From Vicugna vicugna (lineage: Eukaryota): DNA of 64,000 bases. Positions 24,334 to 36,909 of the stretch are shown here, one piece after another; the stretch's first letter is position 1, and every line of letters begins with the position of its first letter. The notes under the pieces are model-generated. The model was not told the DNA's origin. It did not search any database and saw nothing but the letters and a program-made list of their open reading frames with translations. The stretch is taken from assembly GCA_013265495.1 (NCBI GenBank), contig MU058669.1, positions 186,001 through 250,000 on the forward strand. Direction: 5' to 3'. The translations under genes and the position numbers were made by a program.

Positions 24334-27300
24334 CTGACGGGAAGCAAATTAAAGTCAGAGTTGCCAATTCCAGGGAAACAGCAACAGGGATCTGTCAAAC
24401 TGTGGGGCTCCTCTCCCTGATGAGGCACTGGAGGGAGAAGAACAAGATGCAGCCCGGAATTTCCAGAGTTACTACTGGGCTGCAGAAGGAGACGCCCTCA
24501 CAGAGAACACTACCATCACACTGGGCGGTGCACTATAAACCAAGTCCCCCTGAGCAGTAAAGACGACAAACAGGACGCATTCAGCAAAGGGAGAGGTCTC
24601 TGAGGCTGAGCTAGCCAGGGTGCAGGGCGGGCTTGGAGGCAGACAGGAAGCATTCCAGGTGCTAAGAGCCCACACTTAAGTTTCAAATGAGGCTGACTGA
24701 AGGCGGGAGTGAGGAGGCCCCGCGGAGACCCTGTCACTCCCTGGGTAGGAGCATCACAAGAAATTCAGGGGTAGTGGGTGCGAGAACAGCTTGGACTTTC
24801 CTTCAGACAAGACGGAGTCCCCCAGGGTCTCTGAAGCAGGAGTGATATGACATTTTCAGACCTATAGGAGCTAGGACCTTTCACTGGGCTGGAATGCACT
24901 GCCCCTGGGAGCAGGAGAGTAGGGACTGTACGGGACATTTTATTTTTACACTGACAACAGCTACTATTCTGAAAAACTTTTATTTCTGTCTCAATTTATA
25001 ATTCTTGCATCACCACACATCTGATCCACAAGGGGAACCACAGAAAAGAAGCTGGATACTCCTGCTGATTGTCTAATGCAGGCTAGAGGCGTAACAATAA
25101 GCCAGAGTGGCAACAGCAGCTCAGATGTGACCAACGGGTTTTTATTAAGAATGTACCACGGTCGGCTGGAGGAACCATTCCAAAACCTAACCAACTGAAT
25201 GGCTGTGTAAATGACTCGGGGTTGGTGACATGGAACCAGATGTTGCACAAATGTTCTTCTGAATTTGAGCTTGTTCCTCGAGTGCTTAAAGATAAAAAAG
25301 TAAGCTGATAGGAAATCAGCATAATTAATTCAGGCCTTTTCATGGAGAAAATAATGAAAACTGCTTTTTATTCAGATGAATTAGCACTTTCATGTGGTTG
25401 GATCAGTGAGTCATGAGTAGTTTTAAGTCTATACTGTGATTGTGTCTTGTAGGCAGCAGGTATCCAGTACATGCTGTTGCATCGACATGGGCAGCCCCTT
25501 GTATCTAAAAGCAGCTTAGGCCAGTAAAAGCCACATGTACACATGGTTACAAATTGGAATAGCTTTGCCAGATTCCCCTCTGTCAAAGGCCTTTCAGACA
25601 CAGCACGTGTCATTGTCCCAAAGAATACTGTCTAGTTGACGTATAGACTACTGGACGAGCTTTCATCAGGGCAGAAAGCACACGCACAGCCCCTCTACAT
25701 CCCTGACAGGAACCCGGCACTCAGGTTGGCTAGAACCACATGGAAAATTTGAGACTAAGCTGCTCCTCAAATTCACAGGGTATCAGCCTTGGAAAAAGAA
25801 CAGGCAGAAGAAGTGATTTCCTAAAGCTGTGGCCGGGAGATTTCAGGTTAGGACATCAGAGTAATGAAACCTTAGATGGAAGGGAACTTAGCAACCACCA
25901 GTAACCCCCTGGTCCCATCTCACTTTCAAGAGGGATAAACTCAAGCCACCACTCAAGAGTGGGAAAATGACCCGGCCAAGGTCATCTAGGCCTTCCGACC
26001 CTTGCCATGTGTCCCTTCCTACTCCCACATTTTCCTTACACTATTCTCCACTTCCACTTTTCTCCAGAAAAAAAGCAGATATATGTCAATTGGAGGGATG
26101 TCTGAAAGCTTATTATATCTTAATAAATCACAGAACACCGCCAATGTCTACATGAAAGGAGCTGAATTGTGTGAGCTGGGTTTAAGGTGCTATTACTTAC
26201 AAAAGTTCTCTGCTAAACCCTTTTACAAGATAAATAGTCATTATTTCTTATTCACCATTTTCAAGTACATACTGGTTTTCAGAAATTTCAGAGTTCAGTG
26301 GCCTCTGGGGAGTTAGGGGTGGAGGAAGGAGAGCGGTAGAAAAGGCTCTAGTGGTTTTTTTTTCCTGTTTCACTTTCTGCAACAGCTAAAAATTCTTGTA
26401 ACACAGCAGTTACTTAGAATTGAATTCCTGTCCAAGCCTGTGAGAATGAAATAGAATCCCTTTCAGAAATAATGACTCTATAACACCGCCTTGAAACAAA
26501 CCATGAGTGATTCTACCTGGAAACCCTACTCCTTCAGAAACATTACCTTTTGGGCACTATAATACCAGGCTCAGGCTGCCTCTCTTCTAGACAATGTGTG
26601 TAGAAGGGTCAACACAGCCCAACACAGGCTTTCCAGTGGGGTCACAGGCAAATGCAGCTCTGGCTGCAGCAGCACAATTTTCAGACGGTAGGCTTAAAAG
26701 AACTGGAAATTTCTTTTTTTCGAGGACTGGAAAATATTATTATTAGCTGCTTAAGTAAAGGCACCCAACAACCTACACAGAAGGTGGGCAGTGTTTCCAT
26801 GAGGATGAATTCACTGCTGTCTTAGAATTACGCATTTCACTTCAACACGTGTCCCAATCCAGGCCACCTTAGTGTCTAGCCGGTTGCTGGCTCTCAGATG
26901 AATTCCTTTCATTCCTTTATTCATTTATTGATAGAGACTTATAATAAGAAGCCCATTAACTCACCCCTAACCATTTAAAAAATGCATCTGTCCATTCAAG
27001 ACTTGCAAATATAATCATTAACTTAAGAGAAAACTGGGGGTGGGAGGGATGAGCCTGAGGAAAGGGTAGGAAGATTTTTTTATTTAATAAATACTTAATC
27101 AAGGCTTAGGTATGGGGCTTGGAAGTAAATCAGACAACGGATTTAAGAAACTAACCAGCCTCTTATGTGCTGTGTGACTTTGGCACCGTCATTTCCTATC
27201 CCTGGGCCTCAGTTTCAGCACCAAAATCAGAAATGGAAAAGTGGGTCTCCTTTCAGTTTAAGGAGAAATCGCTGATTTCCCCCAATGCCCACTCCCAAAG

Positions 27301-28049
27301 AGGAAATTCTGGTCCTAAAAGAGAATGGATGTCAACTACCCAATCTCTTGGCCGATCTACCCAAATATTAAATACCCTACTAATTTATTTCCAATTCCTA
27401 ATCAAGAGGCAGCCACTTAAGGCTCGCAGCAACAGATGTTAAGCTAAAAAGTTCTTAATTGGTTGACAATAGGTGCATCTTTAGAATACTTAACTAGAAG
27501 TGGTGAAATCACCCAGGAAAACTTCTCTATTCAAATTTAAATTACCTACCCCACCCTCCCGGGCATTTCTGAAAAAAAGTTACCCCTATAAAAATGGATT
27601 TTTTTCCTTCCAGTCTACAAGAGCCACCTCCCAAGACCTGGTCTTGGCCTTACTTCTGCCACATCCGTGAAAAATCCCATTTCCCCACAGCTGCCTGCGA
27701 AGCGGCGAGCTCGGTGACCCTCTGCAGAAGCTGAGGCCGCGGCAGGCAGGGAAGTAACTGCCACCTTTCCTTTTCGGAAGGAATAACAGGGATCCGAGGA
27801 GGGAGAAGTTGGAGAAGAGCCGGGTCCCTTCAAATCACCCCCGCCCTAATATCTGCTCCTTCGTGGGCCAACAAAATGAACCCACCCCTTCCCGCTCCCG
27901 TATCTAAACCAATAAAACTAACCAAAAACTAGTGTCAAATCTTCCCAGGCAAGAAGGGTCCTCGGAGCCTCCCCCTCCCCAACCTCCTGGATCTGGGAAG
28001 CGACCCAGTTAGAGCCTGTCAGAGCCCAGCGGCCTTTGCAAGCTCGAGT

Positions 28050-29400
28050 CCAACTCCTCAGTTTGCAGATAAAGGGCGGCGAGGGCCCCGGGGTCCGGCC
28101 CGCAGCCCGGGGCAGCTGCCCGAGAGCGGCCGTGCGCCCGGGCCCAGCCGGCGGCGGGGGCGGACTCACGCTCTTGTCGATGTCCAGCTTGAGTTTCTTC
28201 TGCGAGATGCTCTTCTGGACCCTCTTGCTGAAGGAGGCGTTGCCCGCGGGCCGGACGCAGCGCTCGCCGTCCTCGATGAGGCAGCAGCTCTGGCCGTAGC
28301 CCGGGGCGGCGGCGGGAGCAGCGGGGGGCCCTTCGCGGCTGTCTTCCTCGGTGCTAAAGCCGTTCATCTCCCCGCCCCGGGCCGGCCCCTCTGGGGGAGG
28401 GTCCCCCGTAGGCCACTCCGCGGCCCCGCTCCCCGCGGGGCAGGTCGCCTAGACCCCCGCACTCGAGGGTCCCAGAGTCCGTCTCCAGACGAGGCGCTGC
28501 CCTGCTCCGCGCCCGGGAGGCCCGGCTCTGCTCCGCCGCTCTCCGGCTCTTTCGGCCCCCGCCGCCGCGTCTCCGCCGAGCCCCTTCTTCTCCGCTCGCG
28601 GCCCCGGGGTCGACTCCCGCGGCTCGCAGGGCCCCGCAGGGAGTCACCTGGAGGTGGCTTCTGCCGGGGACCCTGAACCGTTACCCTTCGGCGGGGACGT
28701 CCGGGAGGGCGTCCCAGGAAGCAGCCGCTCCCCGGGGACTCCGGGCCCGGGTTGCCAGCGGGGTTCGAAGGGCCCCCGCCGGCTCCCGCCTTCTTTCTGC
28801 AGCCAGGCAAACTCGCTGCCGGGCAGCTCCCCCGGCGTGGCACGGCCTCCCGGCGCGGGGCCCGGCCTCGAACCCGCGGCGCCCGGGCTCCGCGGCGCGT
28901 CCGGCCCGCCCCACCCCTGCAGCAGCTGGGCTGCACCCCGAGTCCCGCGGCAGCCCCTGGGCCGCCCGGCCGCCGCCCGCCCAACGCTCCGCACCACAAC
29001 AGTTCGCTCCCCCCGCCCTCCGCGGGGCAGCGGAAGTCCTGCCTCCTCACGTCTATTGGCCGTGTTCGCTCTATGGGCGGGGCCCCCGCCGCCGCTGACA
29101 TGTCCCATTGGACCTCACGGCCGCCAGTCCCCGGCGCCAGGCTACTTCCTGGACTCTGCTGGGATGGGTTCAAAGTAGAGAAAGTGGAAGAAGGAAGAGT
29201 TCCCTGGGTGAGGGAGGGGAACCCGGCCGCAGACTCTCCGGGCCCGGGGAGGGATGGTGAGCAGAGGCCTGGCAGGACGGACGGCTGGACTGCAGGAACA
29301 GAGGATCACCTTCGGGGGCGGACAGAAGTACAGACGTGGGCGGGGGCACAGAGGGACAGACACGCGGAAGGGCATACGAGGGGGGACCTAAAGGGGTTGG
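28050..29400. promoter_or_regulatory. SAP30L CpG island and TATA-less promoter
   Basis: Very CpG-dense. ETS motif CGGAAGT at 29031-29037, CCAAT boxes on the minus strand at 29055-29059 and 29107-29111, GC box at 29075-29083. Confidence 0.85.
28170..28367 (-). CDS. SAP30L: SAP30L coding exon 1
   Basis: [72 protein letters not shown]. Total protein 182 aa. Confidence 0.97.
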
Positions 29401-31449
29401 GGGTACTGTCATGAGAGGGACAGACGGGGTAAAACGGGAGGACCAGGACCAAAGGACTTGGAGACCGGCGGGAGTTACGGTGGGTGAGACAGGACATAAA
29501 GACAGTCATGGCGGGAAAGACAGAGGGACAACCGCACAGATACGTGGAAAGACGTGCAGAAGAGATGATGAGGGTCTTATGGCGGTTTTTGCAAGGTAGT
29601 CAAGCTTGGGGGTGGCCGCGACTCCCCACTGGGGAGACTGAGACTGACTTGGTCGGCGGGGAAAGAGAAGGGGAGGGGGAAGGGAACCCCAGAAGCTTGG
29701 ATGACCCCTCCGCTGGAAGAATCGGAAGTTGGGATAAGGTGTGGAGGAGGGTGGACTAAGTGAACCGCGGGAAAGAGGAGGGGCTGCGGAGGAGATGCAG
29801 AAAAGGCTGGGCCAATCTCGGCTTGGGGAAGAGATTGCCGTATTTTGGGCCCTCCCTGGAGCTCTGTAAACTGTAGCTTCTATTGCTTTAAGCCTCCGGG
29901 TTTACCGGCGAGGTGACCGCGCCCAGCCGAGCCCCGGAGACCAGGGCGTCACACACACCCGTAAGGGCCAAAGGGAAATCCTCTAATCTAGCACGCCTAG
30001 TCAGACCACCTCTCCACGGGGCAGCCTGGGGACAAATGAGGGCCAAAGGCCGGAAGGGACTAGCCTAGAATCTTGCAGTTATGCAGTCTTAGGGCTGGGC
30101 TGCATTTTCTCTGGGGGAGGGGCGTGAAGGGGGTTTGGGGAGCGATAGCCAAGCACGTGTACCTATTTTGGTAGTACTTGGTGGCACTGAGGAGGCTTCT
30201 GGTTAGTGTCTTGTTGAAAACGGAAAGCTACCAGTTTTCCATGTTTAGAAGCAAATGCCCTGTGATCTTAAATTTTCCTCAGTGGCCTTAAACGTATTTG
30301 TACCCTCTAGCCTAGTAATGTCACATGTGGGACAGCCATATTTGGAAACTGGGGTTGTTTATAATGGGAAAAATTGCAAAAAGAACCTAAAAGTTCCACA
30401 AGCGAAGTGGTGAAATCAACAACCTGACATCTTCAGAATGAGATATTTTGCAGTCATTTATGACGTTTTCAGCCTTTAAGGTAGATTCAACATCAATGTG
30501 AACATTTTCTGTATGTAATAATTCACCATGGACTCTTCAACAAAGAGATAAGTTGGAGAAACGCTTTATTTATACTAAGTTTACAGTGCAGGATATAACA
30601 TTGCATTTGGGATATGATGTGTGTACATCTATTTTTTTAAAAAAAGAAAAAAGAACAACTATTTGTGCATAAGAAATACACCAAAAGTACTAACAGTAAC
30701 TATTTCTGGGTAGTGGAGATACGGTTGGTATTTTTCTCCTTTTTTTCTACCTTTGCGTTTTCTCCAATAACATGCCTTGCCCTTACAGTAGGAAAAAATC
30801 CAAAGAGAAATTAATGGAACAAAAGCAAGTTTAATAGGATTCTTCCCTCAGAGTTCATATATTCAAAAGTCAATTATTGAGCATATAGTGTTTGAGGCTT
30901 GGCCACAGGAAGAAGATGAAACATACTCCTTGCCTTAAAAGAGTGTATCTTCCAGCAGGGGTGCTCAGACATACAATCGGGTATGTGAACAAGGCAGTGT
31001 GTGATGTTGGTTTCAAAGTTGATCGATATGGATAAGGGCTCTTATGTTTCCCACGTATTATTTGTTTCAAAATAGCATTTGCATCCAGTGCCAGGCTAAT
31101 GCAGAACACACACCATCCTCCCCTGGCACCACCCTCTGAGGGGAGGGGGGCCTTTTCTTGTGTGCTCTGCCTTAGCCCTAGGTGTATTGTCTGCTCCTTC
31201 TAACTGCAACCTGTATTCTTTAGAGTTCTCTTTACTTCTTACTAGGCACTGCCTCCTTACTATGTTCCTCTGATATAATTAATAAAGCTTTATCTTAACC
31301 TTTCCCTGTTCAAATTACGGTGTGGTTTCTGTCTCCTAATTACCCCCAGCCTCTATGTTTTTTTTTTTTTTTTGCAGGTGGAGGGGGACATGCTTTTAAC
31401 TATTCCTTGTGTACAAATCCCTATTTTGTAGTCTTTCTTCCATGTATAA

Positions 31450-31605
31450 TTTTTTTTATTGAGGTATAGTGGATTTATTATATTAGTTTCAGGTGTACAA
31501 CGTAGTGATTCAAAGTTTTTACAGGTTATACTCCATTTGTAGTTATCATAAAACATTGGCTATATTCCCTGTGCTGTACAATGTAGACTTGTTGCTTATT
31601 TATTT
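31450..31605 (-). mobile_element. L1 3'-end fragment
   Basis: T-tract then 'attgaggtatagt...tttcaggtgtacaa...tatattccctgtgctgtaca', the reverse complement of an L1 3' UTR. Confidence 0.75.
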
Positions 31606-32389
31606 ATTTATTTTTGCATTTTGAAATATTCTTTTAGTTTTTTTCCTATGTTCTTTTTTTTTTTTCAGTCTTTCTTCACTGACTGCTTTATCATAAGTGT
31701 TCCCTATGTTGTTATGTAGGTTGGCTCCAAATAGCAATATCTGGGAAAAATTATGATTCCCTTACTAGGGGAGTAAATCTGTAACTCTAGAAAGGAAATA
31801 TAAATAAATATTCAGATAATGAAGGAATGAATCCAGGAGAGAAACTTCTGTGATCTTGTTCTCCTCTGAGTAGGATTTAAGATTCTTGAAATGGCCAAGA
31901 GAATCTGACTCACTACATTTCTAAGTTTAGGTAATTAATACAAAACAGTTGCTTAAGTGCTTAGAAAGATCTGGCTTTTTAGATTTGTAAGTCTACTCTG
32001 CTGGGCATTTAAAGTGTTTGAGAAAATCAGGCATATTAAATTTGTAATTGTAGTCTGAAATGTCTAAGGAAATTTGATTAATTAAGGCTGTAAGTCTGTT
32101 AAATGTTAAAGGAGGACTGGATCTATTAAACTTGAGAATTAATTTAGTAGTAACAACAGAACAAGTGAAAGTGATTGTTCTTATCTTTATATGAAAAATT
32201 ACTAGATTTATAATGGAATAACAAGATTTCTAAATTGAACTTAAAGCCTTTAAGAAAAGCTAGGTTTAAAAAATGGGCAACTTGAGTCTGTAACCATAAC
32301 ATTCTTTTCCACACCCCAACGTACCCCCAGATATTTAAAATTGCAGGTCGATAACCCCCAACTTTATAGTTCTAGCTGAGATCTCTCCT

Positions 32390-33200
32390 CTCAGCCCCAG
32401 ATAACAACTCTTTGCTCGGACTGCTCCAGAGGCATCGTAGACCAAGGTGTTCAAGTTAATCTGCTCTGACACCGAAATCCATAAACCGTGTAGCCTGTAC
32501 CACCCTTGACTCTGCCGTCCTCTCACCCTACTCCAAGCCAACCCATCATCGAGGCTGTTTCTTCTACTGCCCATAGATTTGTAGAATCTGTCCCCTTTAT
32601 TTTCTGCATCCCAGTCACCATCATCTTTTGCCTGAAGGGTTTCACTGGCCTCTGAGCTGGTCCCTACATCCATCTCTCTCTCTCTCATCTACACAAACCA
32701 GGCTGTGCCACACCCTCCTTACGACCCCTTACCAGCTTCCCAGTGCGTTTGGACAGTGCCCCGTTCCATCCATCTGCCCTGTTTCCCACACCTCAGCTCT
32801 GTTCATTTTCCTTAAGTTCCTTGAATAAGCCAAGCTCCTTCCTGCCTCGGGGTCCCTGCCTTAGCAGATCCCTTTGCCTGGAATGCTGTTCTTATTCTTC
32901 CACGCTGACTCCATCCTTCAGGTCTTAATTTAAATGTCACCTCCCCAGAGAGTCTTCCCTGATTAAGGGGTTGATTCCCCCTGCCCATCACTGTTCTCTT
33001 AATGTCTTTTCTTATTAGCGTTCATCCCCAAATGCACTTATTCTCTTTTATTATCATTATTTTTGTCATGTGACTGTCTCTCCCATTACAGTACAATCTC
33101 CACGAAGGCAGGGACCATGTCTGTATTATTTGTTGCTCTAGCTCTGGTGCACACAACACTGGTGCTCCACTTCTGGTGGCTAATGGAGTACGGACTCAGT
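32390..33200 (+). mobile_element. Degenerate L2 LINE
   Basis: 'ccaagctccttcctgcctc...gcctggaatgct...aaatgtcacctcccc...aggcagggaccatgtctg' are typical L2 3' motifs. Similar pieces lie at ~38360-38560 and ~39200-39545. Confidence 0.6.
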
Positions 33201-33596
33201 CAATGTTTTTTTCAGTACATTCAGTATATTCAACTATACCGAGATATTTATCAAGTGAAAAAAAAAGGTGCAAAGCAGTATACAGAGTGTAAGTCACATT
33301 TGTATGTCTTGAAAATTGTATACACACATACATATACACTCATATGAAGGATACACAAGAAACTAGCCATTGTGGTTGCCTCTGGTGGAGACTGCGGGTC
33401 AAAGGAGGAAGGGTGGAAAGAATTTGAAGTTAATAATACTTTTTCCCATTTGAATATTTTACCATGTGCCCATATTTCTTTTACAGTAATAATAATAAGA
33501 AAAATATAACCTTTTGGTGGTGTTAGTTAGGCAGTATGGAATACCAGAAAAGTAGGAAGAATCCCAGAATAAAACAGTCATTTAAATGGAATATAT

Positions 33597-33640
33597 ACAT
33601 ATGCGTGGGCTCTACCACTGAGCTATACCCTTACCCCCTC
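33597..33640 (-). mobile_element. 5'-only (3'-truncated) tRNA-SINE fragment between direct repeats
   Basis: Minus strand GGGTATAGCTCAGTGGTAGAGC matches the head of the SINEs at 46.6 and 59.9 kb. Flanked by AAATGGAATATAT and AAATAGAATATAT. Confidence 0.7.
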
Positions 33641-34282
33641 AAATAGAATATATTTTGCTTCATGAAAAACCCACAACATTGTCCTTTTTTCCCTCATTCC
33701 ACTGAGGACCTATGACCGTTTCCTCTGGCTCTGGCCCTGGTCTGCAGCCTGGCGTCTGTCAGGCACTGGAGCTACTGGCATTGTAGATAAGAGCGAGGAC
33801 TCTCCTCAGAGCTCTGGTTTGGATCCCAGCTCTGCCACTTTACCATCTGGAGAAGCGCTGACAACTTAAACTGTAAGAGCCTCCGTTTTCTTCATCTGTA
33901 AAATGGAATGATAATGGTACTTCCCTGATGGGGCTTTGGTGAAGATCCAGTGTGACCCATGTAAAGTGCTTAGCCCAGTCTTTTGCACCTAGTAAGTGCT
34001 CAGTTAGCGGTAGTAATTATTTCCTACCTTACATGCTGACATCTCTAAGCTTCCCGTTGTACTGAGTTCAGATTTCTGCATGTTAGGGAAGGAGACCTCG
34101 TTTTACAAGATGGCAGGGTGCCAATTGTTTCTTTTCCAAAGGGCAGTCTCCATATCCAACTGCCCAACAATGACTGGAAAAGTACTTGACTATTTTATTG
34201 CATCTTAACCTCGATCTTATAAAATTGTGTGAATGGAAAAATGAAAGTACCACCAGTAGTGATGGGACGTATGTGCCTATCA

Positions 34283-35460
34283 AGCAAGTGAGAGCAACCA
34301 TCCACAGAATGGGAGAAAATGTTTGCAAATCATATATCTGATAATAGACTTGTATATAGAATACATAGAGAGAACTCTTACAACTCACTAATAAAAAGAC
34401 AAGCCAATTAAAAAGTGGGCAAGGGGTTTTAAATAGACATTTCTCCAAAGAAAAATGGCCACTAAGCACATGAAAAGATGCTCAACATCACTGATCACTA
34501 GGGAAATGTAAATTAAAACCACAGTGAGATATTACCTCACACCTACTAGGATGGCTACAGTCAATAAGACAGAAAACGAGTGCTGGTGAGGATGTGAAGA
34601 AACTGAAACCTGCAAATACTGCTGGTAGGAGTACAAAATGGTAAAGCCATTTTGGAAAAACAGTTTTTCTGTTTCTCAAAATGTTAAGCGTACAATTACC
34701 ACAAGACCTAGCAATTCAAATGGAAGTATGCCTCTACACAAAAATCTGGGTATGGATGTTCACAGCAGCATTATTTGAGATTTGCAGATACTACCTACTA
34801 TGTATAAAACAGATAAACAAGTTCATACTGTATAGCACAGGGAACTATATTCAATATCTTGTAGTAACTTATGGTTTAAAAGAATATGAAAACAAATATA
34901 TGTATGTTCATGTATGACTGAAGCATTATGCTGTACACCAGAAATTGACACAACACTGAAAACTGACTAAACGTCAATAAAAAAATATATACACAAAAAA
35001 ATAATAAAAAGAAAAAGAAATTTAAAAAAGAGCCAAAACTTGGAAACAACCCAAATTATCAACTGATGCATGGATAAACAAAATGTGGTCTATCCAGACA
35101 ATGGAATATTATTCATCTAAAAGAGGAATGAAGTACTGATACATGCTACAATATGGATAAATCTTGAAAACATGCTAAGTGAAAGCCAAACAAAAAAGGT
35201 CACATATTTTATGATTCTACTTATGTGAAATGTCTAGAGAAGGTACGACCATAGAGACAGTAAAATTAGCGGTTGCCAGTGGCTGAGGGACTCAGTGGGG
35301 CTGGAGAGGGGAGTGATTGCTAACGGGTACAGGGCTTCTTTCTGGGGGGACAAAAGTGTTTCAGAATTAGGAAGTCGTGATGGCTGCACAACCTTGTGAA
35401 TATACATTGAATTGTACACTTTCAGTGGGTGAATTATGGCTCAATAAAGCTGTTTAAAGA
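34283..35460 (+). mobile_element. Old L1M (L1MB/MC-like) ORF2 end and 3' UTR, interrupted by a younger L1
   Basis: 'acagaatgggagaaaat...gcacatgaaaagatgctcaacatcact...ggataaacaaaatgtgg...caataaagctg'. Confidence 0.85.
34777..35030 (+). mobile_element. Younger L1 3'-end fragment with A-rich tail, nested in the old L1M
   Basis: 'tgtatagcacagggaactatattcaatatcttgta...aactgact...caataaaaaaa'. Aligns to the reverse complement of the element at 50092-50474. Confidence 0.8.
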
Positions 35461-36301
35461 AGGAAGTATGTGTATCATTAACTCTTTATAATTGATAGAA
35501 AGATAAAAATAATTATATTTGTTGAAAGGGATGAATCGTTAGCCTCCACTGGATGTTCTTAAGCCTGTTTTTCGATTTGTGAATGAAAACAATCAAATTG
35601 AAGATACATTAGCAAAGACTAGATACATATCATCAAAGATTCTGTCCGAAAATGCAGGTATAATTAGAAGTGTTATACCAGATTTTGTTACCTGGGAACA
35701 GACGTGCTCTTTTGACAGAATAAATTTGTTTGACAGAATACATTTTTCATTCGGCTTTTGTGCTTTTGACATTAGTCACATTTTCAGAAATGAATATATG
35801 TGCGGAAGTAGGGGGCCCATGTATGCTCTGTCATGGGGAAGGCACAAGTTTCCTTAGCTCTCTCCACGTCTTTCTTTAATACTAGATCACCATGCAGGCG
35901 TCTAAGGAATGATTCAGCTGGGACTAAGAGACTGTACATAATTATGTGGATCACTGGAAAACTCTAATGGCCATGAAAAAAACCAACTTTTGATTTATAT
36001 ATCAGTCTTCTGTAAGTTTGGTCAGGAAAAAGCCCTGGAAAGCTGTTTTATTTTGACCTTAACTATATACGCATCTAACAGTGACACAAATAACGAGTAT
36101 TAGTAAATCTCACAAGACTAAAATTCCGGAGGTAGGTGTATGGTTTATCAGTGGATCAACAATTTCCAACATCCAAATCAGTTCTGCTAAGAGCTGGGGA
36201 GAAAATGATGGTGAGGACACAAAGAACCTCACCCTCATGAAGTCAAGTGGAGGAGAAAGACGTTAAACAATGAAACGCATGAAGCATATAATCAACAATT
36301 A

Positions 36302-36909
36302 AGTTAACCCTCATTCACTAATTTCATATTTGCAAACCCGCCCACTCACTAAAATGTGCTTGTAACCTCAAAACCCATACCTGCAGGACTTTCGGGGTCA
36401 CTTGCAGACACGCGCCTGTGTGGAGTGGCGAAAAATTAGACTCACCCACCGTGCATGTTTCCAGCTGAGGTCAATTCAGCTCTCGTCCCGGAAACAAGAG
36501 TCCTTAGTCTATGCCATGCTTTTTACATTTTTTGGTGCTTTTTGTGAGTGATTTTGGTTAAAAATGGCCCCCAAGCATTGTGCTTGAGGTGCTGTGTTGT
36601 GTTCGTAAGTACAAGAAGGCTGTGATGTGCCTTATGGAGAAAACCGATGTGTTAGGTAAGTTTCATTGAGGCAGGAGTTACATACAGTGTTGTTGGCTGA
36701 GTTCAATGTTAGTGAGTTAATGATCTATATTAAAGGTGTCTTTAAACAGAAATGTCCATGAAACAAGGCTTGATGAAATGTTGTGACCAGTGGCTGGCAG
36801 GAACCTAACCCCCTGCTTTCCCCTAGGAGCGATGGTTTCGTGTTCGCTCACTTAATGCCCAGGGTGACGTTATAGTACATAATGGCAGTGAATCAGGAGA
36901 ACAGGCTGT
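36302..36909 (+). mobile_element. MER82-like TcMar-Tigger DNA transposon relic
   Basis: 'gtaacctcaaaac...gagtggcgaaaaatt...ttccagctgaggtcaa...ggaacctaacccc...tttcccctaggagc'. Confidence 0.7.

Noticed and set aside
28354..29414. Several long ORFs (up to 269 aa) over the SAP30L promoter as independent genes
   Set aside because: GC-rich island artefacts with no domain or splice support. One is noted only as a possible uORF.
31740..32300. AT-rich segment that might be an old ERV-internal or other transposon remnant
   Set aside because: I could not assign a family or find a coding signature without a repeat search.
34083..34917. ORFs with L1-like peptides
   Set aside because: Degenerate L1M fragments with no intact ORF2.
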